Origin: a virus
Taxonomy: Duplodnaviria; Heunggongvirae; Uroviricota; Caudoviricetes
Length of the DNA stretch: 64,000 nucleotides
Virus record (IMG/VR): IMGVR_UViG_3300037312_000757
Direction: 5' to 3' (one strand)
In this document: positions 29,678-39,557 of the stretch, in pieces
Layout of the letters: every line of letters begins with the position of its first letter
Position numbering within the stretch: the stretch's first letter is position 1
Notes under the pieces: model-generated
The model's input: only the letters and a program-made list of their open reading frames with translations
What the model was told of the DNA's origin: nothing
The model's database searches: none
Made by a program: the position numbers and the translations under genes

Positions 29678-30220
29678 TTAAGCATGAACGCTGTGGCGAA
29701 CGTCGGCAATCTTGCGCCGTGCTGGGCGTTCGGCTGATCCGACACCATCAACAGCGTCTCGTGCTCGCTTCGTGTTTTGCGCAAGTGCATCAGCGTACTT
29801 CATCATCTTGCGATACACAGGCGATTGCTTTGCTTGTTCATCCGGCACAAGCAGAATGGGACGATACTCTTCGACTAGCTTTTGCCAGCCAATGCTTTTC
29901 TTCATGCCCTTCGCACCAAGCGAAATATGCCGATCACGAATCGCGTACTTCACGACCGCAAGCGTCATTTCGACAGGCAAGTTTTCACTAGTCCACTCGA
30001 CAAAGTTGTCGAAGTAGCGCACAAATTCATCAGCTTCTACCTTGCCCTGTTCTGAACGCAGTAGCTCAACCATAATGAGCGCGCTTTTCAGACCATCCAG
30101 CCGGCGAATACGCATGCCCGTCTTCAGTGTGTCCATAAGACGGTCGTTGAACGAGTACCCCTCAGGCCGATGAGGAGAAGCACCATTTACTAAAATGTTG
30201 AAGCAGTGATCGATAATCAT
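29678..30220 (-). CDS. hypothetical protein
   Basis: 180 aa ORF. Confidence 0.7.
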   Translation of the reverse strand: MIIDHCFNILVNGASPHRPEGYSFNDRLMDTLKTGMRIRRLDGLKSALIMVELLRSEQGKVEADEFVRYFDNFVEWTSENLPVEMTLAVVKYAIRDRHISLGAKGMKKSIGWQKLVEEYRPILLVPDEQAKQSPVYRKMMKYADALAQNTKRARDAVDGVGSAERPARRKIADVRHSVHA

Positions 30221-30725
30221 CTCAAGTTGCGCAGCTACGCGCGTTCCTCGTGTAATTAGCGAATTCCTTCCGCGTTACGTTGCCTTCGCGTTGCATGCAA
30301 CTGTACAGACGTTTCATTAACTGTGCAATGCAACAAATGAGCTAAAACCTTCGTCCTGCTTTAGTATTACAAATCTGCAAGCGTTTGCGAGCCGACCACT
30401 TTTGGCGAAAAAAGCCTTTAAAATCAAGCACTTATGATCCAAATGATCCTTGAATCAACTTCTTGATCTTTGTACGCCTATACAGTGTTGCTAGAACCAT
30501 ACGAATTTGCTACGTTTTGTAACTGGTTCACCAACTTGCTGAAAACTGTGTGCCTTATGCGAACTGTAAGCTTACCGCTCATTTGATATGTGTGCGCTAC
30601 CGCACATAACTTCAAGAGTTGCTACCATACAACATTACACGATTTGCTTTACGATTCAGCATGCTTCCGCCAGTCAGCAAAAGAGCCCCAAGCGGGGCTC
30701 TAGCTGTTCTAGCTACCTACCTAGC

Positions 30726-30962
30726 TTAGACGCTTGTCTTAGCCTTGGCGATATCGTAAAATTTTATGCGATTGACACGGCCGTACTTTGTAACAGCACC
30801 CTTCAGTGCAAGATTGGTGATGTGCTCGTTTACTGTGTGTGCCTTGACGCCCAGAACTTCGGCGATTTTCGCTTGTGTTGGAGCACGACGCGATGAACGT
30901 TGCAAGTCGCGCATCGTGCGCAGAACTTCTGATTGACGTGCGGTGAGTGTTGCCTTTGCCAT
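30726..30962 (-). CDS. LexA-type winged-HTH DNA-binding domain only (78 aa)
   Basis: LTARQSEVL...APTQAKIAEVLG...VNEHITNLALKG; AAGGA RBS; no peptidase domain. Confidence 0.8.
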   Translation of the reverse strand: MAKATLTARQSEVLRTMRDLQRSSRRAPTQAKIAEVLGVKAHTVNEHITNLALKGAVTKYGRVNRIKFYDIAKAKTSV

Positions 30963-31271
30963 AATGATTCCTTTATTGTTGTAATTGTTTAAATGAACTA
31001 CTTTCGGAACTCTGCTATTTGTTAATGTTCCGCAATAGTGCCATTTTGCAACCACAAAGAAATCACGTCAAAATTAATTTATGACATGGCGACAAGTTTT
31101 TTCAGCATCAAGCCTTCAAGATAATCTGTTTCAACTTATCGAACTTCCTTACCATCTCGGCAAAAATACCAGCGCATCTGGGTGAACGCATATGGACGAT
31201 ATTCTAGCGTGTTACGGTAACCCAGTTCATCAACACCGAGATCGACTACTGTGGGCATATCCTTCTCACCC

Positions 31272-31901
31272 TTACGCTTCTTGCTCATCCTCAGCTCCAA
31301 CAAATACACCGTTCACATATTCGTAGATGACTGGCATAGAATTCTTCGCGTCAAGGAACGGCATTTTTACAGCAGAACCAACTGCGATATGTGACATGAG
31401 CGCACGCATCACATAAAAGTGATTGACGCACAGCACGTTCTTGTCTTCTTCAAGATAAGGAACAATCAGTTGGTCAAACAGCGCCGAAGCTCGGTCGTAC
31501 ACTTGCTGTTGTGTTTCACCCAGAGCTGGATCACCAGGTACTGTATCCAGATGATCGTCCCAGCCTTGAATGACGCCACCACCATACATTTCCTTCAATG
31601 TACTTGATGGCACGTACTTTGTGAATCCGTATTGGCGTTCACGGAAGTCGTGAAACTGATGCAATTCAATTGGTGGGTGATTGGCACCACTCAGAAATGT
31701 CGCAGCAGTCAGGAAGGTGCGTGGATACGTTGAGCAGCAAGCGTAATCGAACACGATGCCGTGCTGCTGAAAGTCGATACCTGCTTGAATCGTGTCATGC
31801 AACCCTTTCTGGGTTAGAAAGTTAGCTTCGTTTGGTGCAGAACGATGGGCTTTTGCATTCGTGTAGCTTTGCCCGTGACGCATGAGAACTAGTTTTGCCA
31901 T
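31272..31901 (-). CDS. histidine phosphatase (phosphoglycerate mutase family)
   Basis: LVLMRHGQS, LTQKG, RERQYG, NVLCVNH. Confidence 0.88.
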   Translation of the reverse strand: MAKLVLMRHGQSYTNAKAHRSAPNEANFLTQKGLHDTIQAGIDFQQHGIVFDYACCSTYPRTFLTAATFLSGANHPPIELHQFHDFRERQYGFTKYVPSSTLKEMYGGGVIQGWDDHLDTVPGDPALGETQQQVYDRASALFDQLIVPYLEEDKNVLCVNHFYVMRALMSHIAVGSAVKMPFLDAKNSMPVIYEYVNGVFVGAEDEQEA

Positions 31902-32082
31902 ATGTATTCCTTTTTATGTGGCAAGTATAAAGCCATTCTGCATACGAATGCAACATTCATAAAGAAAGGCACGGTTTACGTGCCTTTCATTAAAGCATAA
32001 AAAGCGGGTATGCCTTGGCTTGGAGGAGTGAAACAGGCACACCCCGAACGGATGACTCGAGTATCATCCGGAGGAGACGTGG

Positions 32083-32307
32083 TTAGTGACCCTTAAAAAT
32101 ATTAGGGTCAGCCATTCGATAACCTGATTGCGTAGCGCCCTGTGTACTGGGGCCGTATCCTGTTTGATCTATCGGCGCAGTCTGCGAAGGCTGCGGCGGC
32201 GTGGTTGTTTTGGTGGCGATCGGCGGAGAATAATCATTCTCATGATCACCTTGTTCTGCGAGTGCGGGAACTGCTACCAATGCTGCCACCAAGAGGACGT
32301 ATTTCAT
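32083..32307 (-). CDS. small secreted protein
   Basis: signal peptide MKYVLLVAALVAVPALA; GGAGG RBS. Confidence 0.65.
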   Translation of the reverse strand: MKYVLLVAALVAVPALAEQGDHENDYSPPIATKTTTPPQPSQTAPIDQTGYGPSTQGATQSGYRMADPNIFKGH

Positions 32308-32443
32308 ATGCCCTCCATTTAAGTACAGTTGGGATTCGTTCCGCTATCGAAACGAGACGTAAACGATGGTGAACCGGTCCTTAAAAATGTAGGCTGGTTT
32401 AGTTTAGTGCGTTGCAGGGATTATGCAAGGTAAATTTTGCGCA

Positions 32444-32539
32444 TTACAACATATCAGCAAAATTTACTTTTGCTTGTAGAGCCAGCGGTTCATCTCCGAT
32501 GTGAATTGTGCATAAATATTCAAAATAGGAGACGGCCAT
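32444..32539 (-). pseudogene. C-terminal remnant of a paralog-family gene
   Basis: Encodes ...TIHIGDEPLALQAKVNFADML, matching the family motif. Confidence 0.45.
32511..32518 (+). promoter_or_regulatory. late-type promoter (CATAAATA)
   Basis: T4 late-like element about 20 nt upstream of AGGAG-ATG of the tail fibre. Confidence 0.65.
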
Positions 32540-35500
32540 GCCTACAATGTCAAGCGGCAACATCACACCGGGTACGGGAAAGATCACATTCCCGGACAAC
32601 AATACACCAACTTCAATCTCGGATTCATCCACTAGCGAATCAGGAACAGATGCATCTGGAAATGCATCCGGAGGGAATGGTTCCGGCTCATTTATCAAAA
32701 GCGTAACTGGCCACAACATTTCTATCAACAACAGTAGTGCGGTTGGGATTTTGCAGGGTGTGACGACTGGTGAAGATATCAACTTTGCATTCAAGGCAAT
32801 TATACCAGGTGATGGTATTCAACTTGCCTCTGATGGCCAGTCAATCACAATTACAGCGACTCACACCGACGATACGTTGGCGCGTGTTGCTTACACTGGT
32901 TCATATCAAGATCTGATCGATCTACCAAATCTTGCGAAAGTCGCAACGTCAGGCAACTATCTCGATCTGATTAACCAACCACAATTGTCAACCGTTGCAT
33001 TCACTGGTCGGTATACAGATTTGTTGAATCTCCCAACAATTCTGCCACAAGTGAATTCAGACTGGCTCGCGACAACAGGCACAGCCCAAATCCTCAATAA
33101 GCCGATCTTGGCTGCGGTTGCCACATCAGGTGCATACAATGATTTGACTGGCCGCCCAAACCTGGCCACCGTTGCAACCACTGGCTCCTATAACGATCTT
33201 AGCGATACGCCGCCAATTATTCCACAAGTAAACTCAGACTGGAATGCAACAACAGGTATTGCGAAAATCCTTAACAAACCAAACCTGGCTACGGTTGCAA
33301 CCACTGGTTCTTATGCCGATCTAACAAACACACCAGCTCCATACGAACTGCCTATCGCATCAACCACTCAACTGGGTGGCGTGATGCTGAGCAATCAATT
33401 TGCGGTCGATGAGACTGGCGTCATCACGATTGCTGCTGGTTTTGGTAGTGTGAAGTCTGTTGCGATGGCAATGCCATCAATCTTCTCAGTACAAGGTTCA
33501 CCAGTCACATCAACTGGTACTTTGACCGCAGTTCTATTGGGTCAGCCAGCTAATACGGTTTTTGCTGGGCCAGCTTCTGGTTCGGCAGATATTCCAGCAT
33601 TCCGCCAGTTGACTGGTGCAGATTTGCCTGCCGCAACAAAGACGAGTTTGGGTACTGTTTACGTTCCTGCAAGTTCTGGTTTGACTATTGGTACAGATGG
33701 TGCAATTGGCTTCAATGTTAACTCATTGGTAAGCTCAACGACTGGTTACTTCGTTGTTGATTCGCCAGTCTTTAATGGTACTCCAACGGCCGTCAATACG
33801 CCAGCGACAAGCGATAATTCAAATGCATTGGCAACAACTGCATTTGTTAAGAGTGCTCTGACTGCATTCAACCTTCCACCAGCAACAGCAACATCTATTG
33901 GTGGGGTTATTGTTGCCAACCCAGATTTTTCTGGTTTGACCGTTGATGCAAGTGGTAACTTGGCCGCGAACGTTATTTCGTTCATGGATCGAACTGGCAA
34001 AGTCAGGGTGCAAGGCTCTGATCTAGTCAACCCAGGTAATGGTCTTTTCATTGTTGATTCGCCAGTGTTTAATGGCACTCCATCAGCAGTCAACACACCA
34101 ATTATCACTGACAATTCTGGTAATCTGGCGACTACCGCCTTTGTCCACAATCTGGTTAATGCTTCAGGCGTTGCTACATTCAACGGACGTACGGGCCAAG
34201 TAACGTTGGGATGGGGTGATCTTACCCCTCTTGGTGTTGCTCCACTGGACAGCCCAGTGTTCACTGGTAATGCATCAGCAGTAACACAAGCGAATGCTGA
34301 TAGTTCAACATTGTTGGCAACAACTGCATTCGTGCATAACCTAGTTAATGCTTCTGGTGTTGCTACATTCAATGGCCGTAATGGCGTTGTCACGCTACAA
34401 GCTTCAGACTTGGTTGATGGTACTGGGCGATTCCTGCTTCAATCGCCAAACATTGTTGGTACCGCTACTGTAGCAACACCCACAACCGGTGATAATTCTA
34501 ATGCGATTGCAAACACCGCATTCGTTCAGAACACATTGAACAGTGTGGCCGTTACCAGTGTGGCTGGTAAGACCGGCGCAGTGACGTTGGATTACACCAA
34601 CATTAGCGGTGCTGCTCCTATCAACAGCCCAGTGTTTACTGGTTTGCCATCAACTGACGGTGTGACGCCATTCCTTCTTGATCAAATCGATCATACTCTA
34701 GCAACAACACAATGGGTCTATGAGGCTTTGTCAAGTGCTCAAACAGTTGATGTTCATACTTGGAACCCAATTCCAGCAAAGTATTACAACTCACCAATCT
34801 TGAATTTGGTTGGTAACCTTGTAGTAGATACTACGGTGACTTTGCCATCTTCAGGTCGATGGGTAATCGTAAACAACGCGGGGCCAAGCAATCTGACATT
34901 GAGCTGTGGTACTGGTCCAACATTGCAGATGGTTCCAGGTGCGTTCTATGACATCGTTGCTGATGGTGGTATCTACATTGCTGGCCAGATGGGTGTAACT
35001 CGTCCATTCAATGACAATACCACATATTTGGCGACAACTGAATTTGTGCAAACTGCACTGGGTAATCTGCAGACCGGCGTTACATCATTCAATACACGTA
35101 CTGGTATCATCGTTCTGCAACCAAGCGACCTGCAGAAAACGGACGGTAGTGGTGACTTCCTATTGGATTCAGCGTCATTCAAGGGTGTTCCAACAGCACC
35201 AACAGCCACATTTGGTACGAACACAACGCAAATCGCCACCACACAGTTTGTGACAACTAACTTCGCTCCACTTGCTAGTCCAGCACTGACAGGTGTGCCA
35301 ACAGCACCTACACCAGCCCGTGGTGATGATTCTACTACGTTGGCGACTACTCACTTCCTGCAACGCTACATGAGCAGTATTGTGACCGTTGACGTCTCCG
35401 ATGTATCTCATGGAACAACGTTCACATTGACACCAGCGCAGTACGGTACTGAGATCATACAGTTTATTGGTGTGATGACTGCTTCAGTCATCATCAACAT

Positions 35501-37118
35501 GCCAGCTTCTGGCCAGTGGATCATGTACAACAACACTAACGGTGATTTCACCGTTACGTTGTCAAACGGCGGCGGAGCCACATATGTAGTACCGCAGAAC
35601 GAATCCGCTTCCGTGTTGTCACAAACTGGCCTTGGTATTATCAATAGCAACGTTGCTGGTGCGGTGTTTACGCCTGCTACTGTGTCTACACTCGGTGGCG
35701 TTATTGTTCCAAACGGTGGCGGAATCACAGTCGATGCAAATGGTAATATCGGTGTGGCTGCTGGTAGCGCTTCTAATCTTGGTGGTGTAAAGCAAGGTGC
35801 TGGCGTAACTATTGCTGCTGATGGTTCATTGAGTGCAAATGTCACAACCGTTGCTGGCCGAACAGGTGACGTGGTCTTGGCTGTCGCTGATGTGACAGGT
35901 GCTGCCCCTCTTGCCTCACCCGCGCTAACCGGTACACCAACAGCACCTACGCAAGCTGCAAACGACAATTCGACAAACATTGCCACAACCGCGTTTGTGA
36001 AATCTGCTATCAGCGGCGCGTCAGTCACATCATTCAATACTCGTACTGGTGCCATCACTCTACAAGCATCTGACATCACAAGTGCTGGTGGTGCATTGAC
36101 TGCCTCACCAACATTTACCGGTGCAGTGACGTTGCCCGTTCCACCAACCTATACTGCAAGTGACTTGCATGCGGCAACCACATCATTCGCATACCAGGCA
36201 GGTCAGGGTGTTACCCAAGTTTCAATCGCAGGATTGGTTGGTACACAGTCGTTCGCTTTGACACCAGAGCAATATCGTTTCCCTGTTATTGAAATTACTG
36301 GGGCTCCAAACGATACAAACGTGGTTGTTACTTTCCCGGCAAGCGGTCATTGGTGGGTATATAGCACAGTCGATACCCGTACTCTTGGTTATTACGTTAC
36401 AGTCAAGGGCCAAACTAGCACATCATACGCATTGACCGCTGGTCAATGGTATGAATTTGTTGCTGACGGTGCGGCAAATACAGGTCTGCTCTTGGTTAAC
36501 CAATCTGGTGGTAACGGCATCAACGCTGTCACATCATTCAACGCACGCCAAGGTGCTGTCACATTGACAGCATCAGATGTGAACACCGCATTGACTTACA
36601 CTGCGGCAAATGCTGCGACAACTGCACCGCTCGCTTCACCTGCATTTACTGGTACGCCAACTGCACCTACAGCAACAGCGGGAACGAACACTACACAAGT
36701 AGCAACCACAGCGTTTGTTCAAGCTGCGTTGCCAAATACAAGCATATTTGCACCAAAGGCTTCTCCAACATTCACAGGTGTTGCGACTATCCCTGCGGCA
36801 GTTTACGGTGTGACGAGCTTGGGTAATGTGTCAGGTACTGTGACCATGGATTTGACTACATCGTCCCAGTGGACGATGACTATTACTGGTGCAACCACAT
36901 TTGCGTTCAGCAATCCACCAGCATCAGGCTCATGGGAAGTTGCATATCTGCGTTTGACTAATGCTGGTTCGGCTACGATTACGTGGCCAACATCTACGAA
37001 GTTCTCTGCTGGCACTGCACCAACATTGACTGCGGCGGGTGTTGACTTGCTTGGTGTATTCTATGATACCGTAACTTCAACCTACATGATCTTTGTGATT
37101 GGCTTGAACATCCAGTAA
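32538..37118 (+). CDS. long tail fibre protein
   Basis: 1526 aa T/G/A/N-rich; repeats LAxVAxxGxYxDL, VNSDWxATTG, SPxFTGxPTAPT...ATTAFV, VxSFNxRTGxVxL. Confidence 0.9.
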   Translation: MPTMSSGNITPGTGKITFPDNNTPTSISDSSTSESGTDASGNASGGNGSGSFIKSVTGHNISINNSSAVGILQGVTTGEDINFAFKAIIPGDGIQLASDGQSITITATHTDDTLARVAYTGSYQDLIDLPNLAKVATSGNYLDLINQPQLSTVAFTGRYTDLLNLPTILPQVNSDWLATTGTAQILNKPILAAVATSGAYNDLTGRPNLATVATTGSYNDLSDTPPIIPQVNSDWNATTGIAKILNKPNLATVATTGSYADLTNTPAPYELPIASTTQLGGVMLSNQFAVDETGVITIAAGFGSVKSVAMAMPSIFSVQGSPVTSTGTLTAVLLGQPANTVFAGPASGSADIPAFRQLTGADLPAATKTSLGTVYVPASSGLTIGTDGAIGFNVNSLVSSTTGYFVVDSPVFNGTPTAVNTPATSDNSNALATTAFVKSALTAFNLPPATATSIGGVIVANPDFSGLTVDASGNLAANVISFMDRTGKVRVQGSDLVNPGNGLFIVDSPVFNGTPSAVNTPIITDNSGNLATTAFVHNLVNASGVATFNGRTGQVTLGWGDLTPLGVAPLDSPVFTGNASAVTQANADSSTLLATTAFVHNLVNASGVATFNGRNGVVTLQASDLVDGTGRFLLQSPNIVGTATVATPTTGDNSNAIANTAFVQNTLNSVAVTSVAGKTGAVTLDYTNISGAAPINSPVFTGLPSTDGVTPFLLDQIDHTLATTQWVYEALSSAQTVDVHTWNPIPAKYYNSPILNLVGNLVVDTTVTLPSSGRWVIVNNAGPSNLTLSCGTGPTLQMVPGAFYDIVADGGIYIAGQMGVTRPFNDNTTYLATTEFVQTALGNLQTGVTSFNTRTGIIVLQPSDLQKTDGSGDFLLDSASFKGVPTAPTATFGTNTTQIATTQFVTTNFAPLASPALTGVPTAPTPARGDDSTTLATTHFLQRYMSSIVTVDVSDVSHGTTFTLTPAQYGTEIIQFIGVMTASVIINMPASGQWIMYNNTNGDFTVTLSNGGGATYVVPQNESASVLSQTGLGIINSNVAGAVFTPATVSTLGGVIVPNGGGITVDANGNIGVAAGSASNLGGVKQGAGVTIAADGSLSANVTTVAGRTGDVVLAVADVTGAAPLASPALTGTPTAPTQAANDNSTNIATTAFVKSAISGASVTSFNTRTGAITLQASDITSAGGALTASPTFTGAVTLPVPPTYTASDLHAATTSFAYQAGQGVTQVSIAGLVGTQSFALTPEQYRFPVIEITGAPNDTNVVVTFPASGHWWVYSTVDTRTLGYYVTVKGQTSTSYALTAGQWYEFVADGAANTGLLLVNQSGGNGINAVTSFNARQGAVTLTASDVNTALTYTAANAATTAPLASPAFTGTPTAPTATAGTNTTQVATTAFVQAALPNTSIFAPKASPTFTGVATIPAAVYGVTSLGNVSGTVTMDLTTSSQWTMTITGATTFAFSNPPASGSWEVAYLRLTNAGSATITWPTSTKFSAGTAPTLTAAGVDLLGVFYDTVTSTYMIFVIGLNIQ

Positions 37119-37234
37119 TGAAAAAAGGCGCGAGTGAGAAGTGGCCACAACCCACTCGCGCTTAACATAAAGGACCGGGGAGTCCTTTGAGAGACCAGCA
37201 ATTACTCTAACAAAAATAGAATGAAAAACAAGAG

Positions 37235-37288
37235 TTGACACCAGGTTCATTTGATCATAGAATGTGAAACATGGTAGACGACAAAGGA
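37235..37288 (+). promoter_or_regulatory. sigma70-like promoter with spacer palindrome and conserved leader
   Basis: TTGACA-ccagGTTCATTTGATCa-TAGAAT then ATGGTAGACGACAAAGGAG. Confidence 0.8.
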
Positions 37289-37297
37289 GAAACGAAC

Positions 37298-37513
37298 ATG
37301 GCAACGACTAATCTGCTCAATAAGGTTCTCGAACGTGCAGCAGCTAAGGGTTACGATCGGTTCGATGCTCTGGTTTTGATCGCAAAGCTTACGGATACGA
37401 AGGGACTATATCAAATGGCCAAGCACTGGGGCGTCCTGGTGCAAAATTCGGCAGCTGATTTTGCTTGCGAGTTTTATTCAACATACAATCGCGAGATCGC
37501 AGTTCGCTATTGA
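37298..37513 (+). CDS. hypothetical protein
   Basis: AAGGAG RBS, promoter upstream, terminator downstream. Confidence 0.7.
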   Translation: MATTNLLNKVLERAAAKGYDRFDALVLIAKLTDTKGLYQMAKHWGVLVQNSAADFACEFYSTYNREIAVRY

Positions 37514-37531
37514 ACGAAAACGTTCTAAACT

Positions 37532-37556
37532 AAAGGGGAGCATTTGCTCCCCTTTT
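37532..37556. terminator. intrinsic terminator
   Basis: AAAGGGGAGCA-TT-TGCTCCCCTTTT. Confidence 0.8.
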
Positions 37557-37613
37557 CGCCACCAGATTCAAATACAGTCATAAATAGTAGGTATTTAATT
37601 CTTTGGGATTTTT

Positions 37614-38288
37614 ATGCATAATTCAACTAGTAGCATGCGCCTGCTGATGAAGCTCTGTGAGGCACCTAGCGCAATGAAGAAGGGCGACAAAATACAACCA
37701 GATCAGATGGTGGAAGGCGATTTGGTTGAATTGAACGGCAAAACTCTTGTTGTAGTCGCAAAGAAAATGGGTCGAAAGTTCTACGAGATTTCTCTCTCAG
37801 AACCAAGCACTGGCAAGACCTTTACTTGGAAGCCATTTATTGGCAAGGATACCCAGCAAAAGCTGATTTTCTTGGGCAAAGCAGCAGATGGTGATATGCA
37901 GGCTGGTGTGCAAAAGCGCAACGACCGTGCAGATGCAAAGTACGATCAATTGCGCCAGAACCAGGATGCGCTGGACAAAATGGATCTGAAACCAGGCATG
38001 GAAGTCCTGATTAAGTTCCGTCAAGGTAACTACTGGAAGACAGTTGATGGCGTTGACTACAAGTCAGGCCAAGTATCCGTCGTTGATGATCACACACTGA
38101 ACGCAAACCCAGATCTGTATCGCAATCCACATCGCCAGAAACGAAAGCTGATTCCTGCAAACTTCATTCTTGATAAGCGTGAAGGTTCAGAACACACATC
38201 ACAACGAGCGGCTGATTACGCTGACAAGTTGGATCAAAACCGTGATCAGGCTGCTATGAAGCGAGAACTGCGTAAACGCATGTGGTAA
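37614..38288 (+). CDS. hypothetical late protein (possible SH3/KOW-like beta domains)
   Basis: CATAAATA upstream; N-terminal MRLLMKLCE. Confidence 0.7.
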   Translation: MHNSTSSMRLLMKLCEAPSAMKKGDKIQPDQMVEGDLVELNGKTLVVVAKKMGRKFYEISLSEPSTGKTFTWKPFIGKDTQQKLIFLGKAADGDMQAGVQKRNDRADAKYDQLRQNQDALDKMDLKPGMEVLIKFRQGNYWKTVDGVDYKSGQVSVVDDHTLNANPDLYRNPHRQKRKLIPANFILDKREGSEHTSQRAADYADKLDQNRDQAAMKRELRKRMW

Positions 38289-38291
38289 AAC

Positions 38292-38318
38292 ATGATGGGG
38301 AGCAAAGCTCCCCATCAT
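38292..38318. terminator. bidirectional terminator
   Basis: ATGATGGGGAGC-AAA-GCTCCCCATCAT between convergent genes. Confidence 0.8.
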
Positions 38319-38362
38319 TTTGGGCTTGATTTGCAACCAAGTGAATGTAGACCCGCAAACGA

Positions 38363-39034
38363 TTACCACAACAAGTTGAAATTACCCGCCATCACTTTAT
38401 CGACGGATGCCGACTTGCCACTATTGTGATCCTTCACAATATCATCTTGAAAACGATACGTGCGGATCTTGTCACCACGCATACCAGAACCCGTTTGCGC
38501 TTTGCGTTCGGCTGACTGCGCTGCATTGTGCTCCGCAGTAGCTTTACCGTTCAAACGATCGATGATTGCGACCTTTGCTTCATCAAGTGAGTTCTCACGA
38601 CTACGGCATTGCGCGGTAGCAACGGTGCCTGTTGGAATGTGTGTGATGCGACACGAGTTCTGATGCTTATTGCGGTGTTGGCCCCCTGCACCAGTACCAG
38701 AGTACCACTCAATGCGGAAGTCACGCTCGTTCCAGGAGACGCTTGGTGCGTCTTGTGGGTCAATTACGGCTACAGTAACGGTCGAAGTGTGAACACGTCC
38801 GCGCCGTTCGGTTGGTGGAACGCGCTGGATTCTATGTCCGCCTGCTTCGTTTATGAGTTGGGAAAGATCGGTGCCTTCTACGGTAATGCTGACACCAGAG
38901 TCGCCGTTATCGGCGTATTGAGTGAGTCAGCCGACTCGTGTGAAGTGCTTGATGTATGCGTTTGCCAGGTCTTTAGCAAACAGCTTTGAATCTTGGCCGC
39001 CTTCGGCCCCTTTGATTTCGATGATGCGTTTCAT
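38363..39034 (-). CDS. class-I peptide chain release factor (RF1-type PxT, lacking domain 1) with in-frame UGA at codon 36
   Basis: AAAGGAG RBS; MKRIIEIKGAEGGQDSKLFAKDLANAY...RVG*LTQ...EAGGHRIQRVPPTERRGRVHTST...GAGGQHRNK...KIRTYRF all in one frame; TGA at 38927-38929. Confidence 0.9.
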
Positions 39035-39086
39035 CATGTTCTCCTTTAAGTGAGGACCTACATTCTATTGCCATCTTAACTGGTAG

Positions 39087-39488
39087 TCAATAGCGTGTAA
39101 GCCCGGGATATTTATTGCTGTGAAACTCAGGTGACAGTGGACGCGCCCGCCATGACGTCTTGTTACTCACATCGTTGAAATAACGATCATCGCGAAACTG
39201 GCTGTTCACAATCTGGTTGAGCTCACGCGTTGATTGTGGGATCAAGCCATTTCCATCTTTGCCATCAAACGTCATTCCATGTTCGACGACATATTTTTCC
39301 AGCGCTTTCCATTTGCGAACGTTTGATCGTCGTGGAGCGCGGAAATGATGACCAACGTTTACCATCTCTTTGCCACATTCAGGGCAAGGACGTTCGGCAG
39401 TTTTGACATGTGCATCATGAAAAACGATGCGGCACTTGAAACATGCACATCGGAATGAGAATGCAGTTCGCCTACGTTTCATGAACAT
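39087..39488 (-). CDS. Zn-finger hypothetical protein
   Basis: CFKC...CPEC; own promoter TTGACT-17-TATGCT. Confidence 0.7.
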   Translation of the reverse strand: MFMKRRRTAFSFRCACFKCRIVFHDAHVKTAERPCPECGKEMVNVGHHFRAPRRSNVRKWKALEKYVVEHGMTFDGKDGNGLIPQSTRELNQIVNSQFRDDRYFNDVSNKTSWRARPLSPEFHSNKYPGLTRY

Positions 39489-39557
39489 GACTGTACTCCA
39501 AGCCTAAAAGCTCAGCATACAGTCATATGAACTACGAGTCAACAGATGAATCAGGTA

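Noticed and set aside
32538-37118. DGR target or CRISPR-like repeats in the tail fibre
   Set aside because: Repeats are in-frame protein repeats; no adenine-specific TR/VR pair, reverse transcriptase or spacer array is seen in the window.
38551-38763. Track ORFs 38551-38763 and 38363-38554 as separate genes, or a prfB-like +1 frameshift
   Set aside because: All RF motifs lie in one frame across the TGA, so no frameshift is needed, and no CTT-TGA slippery site is present.
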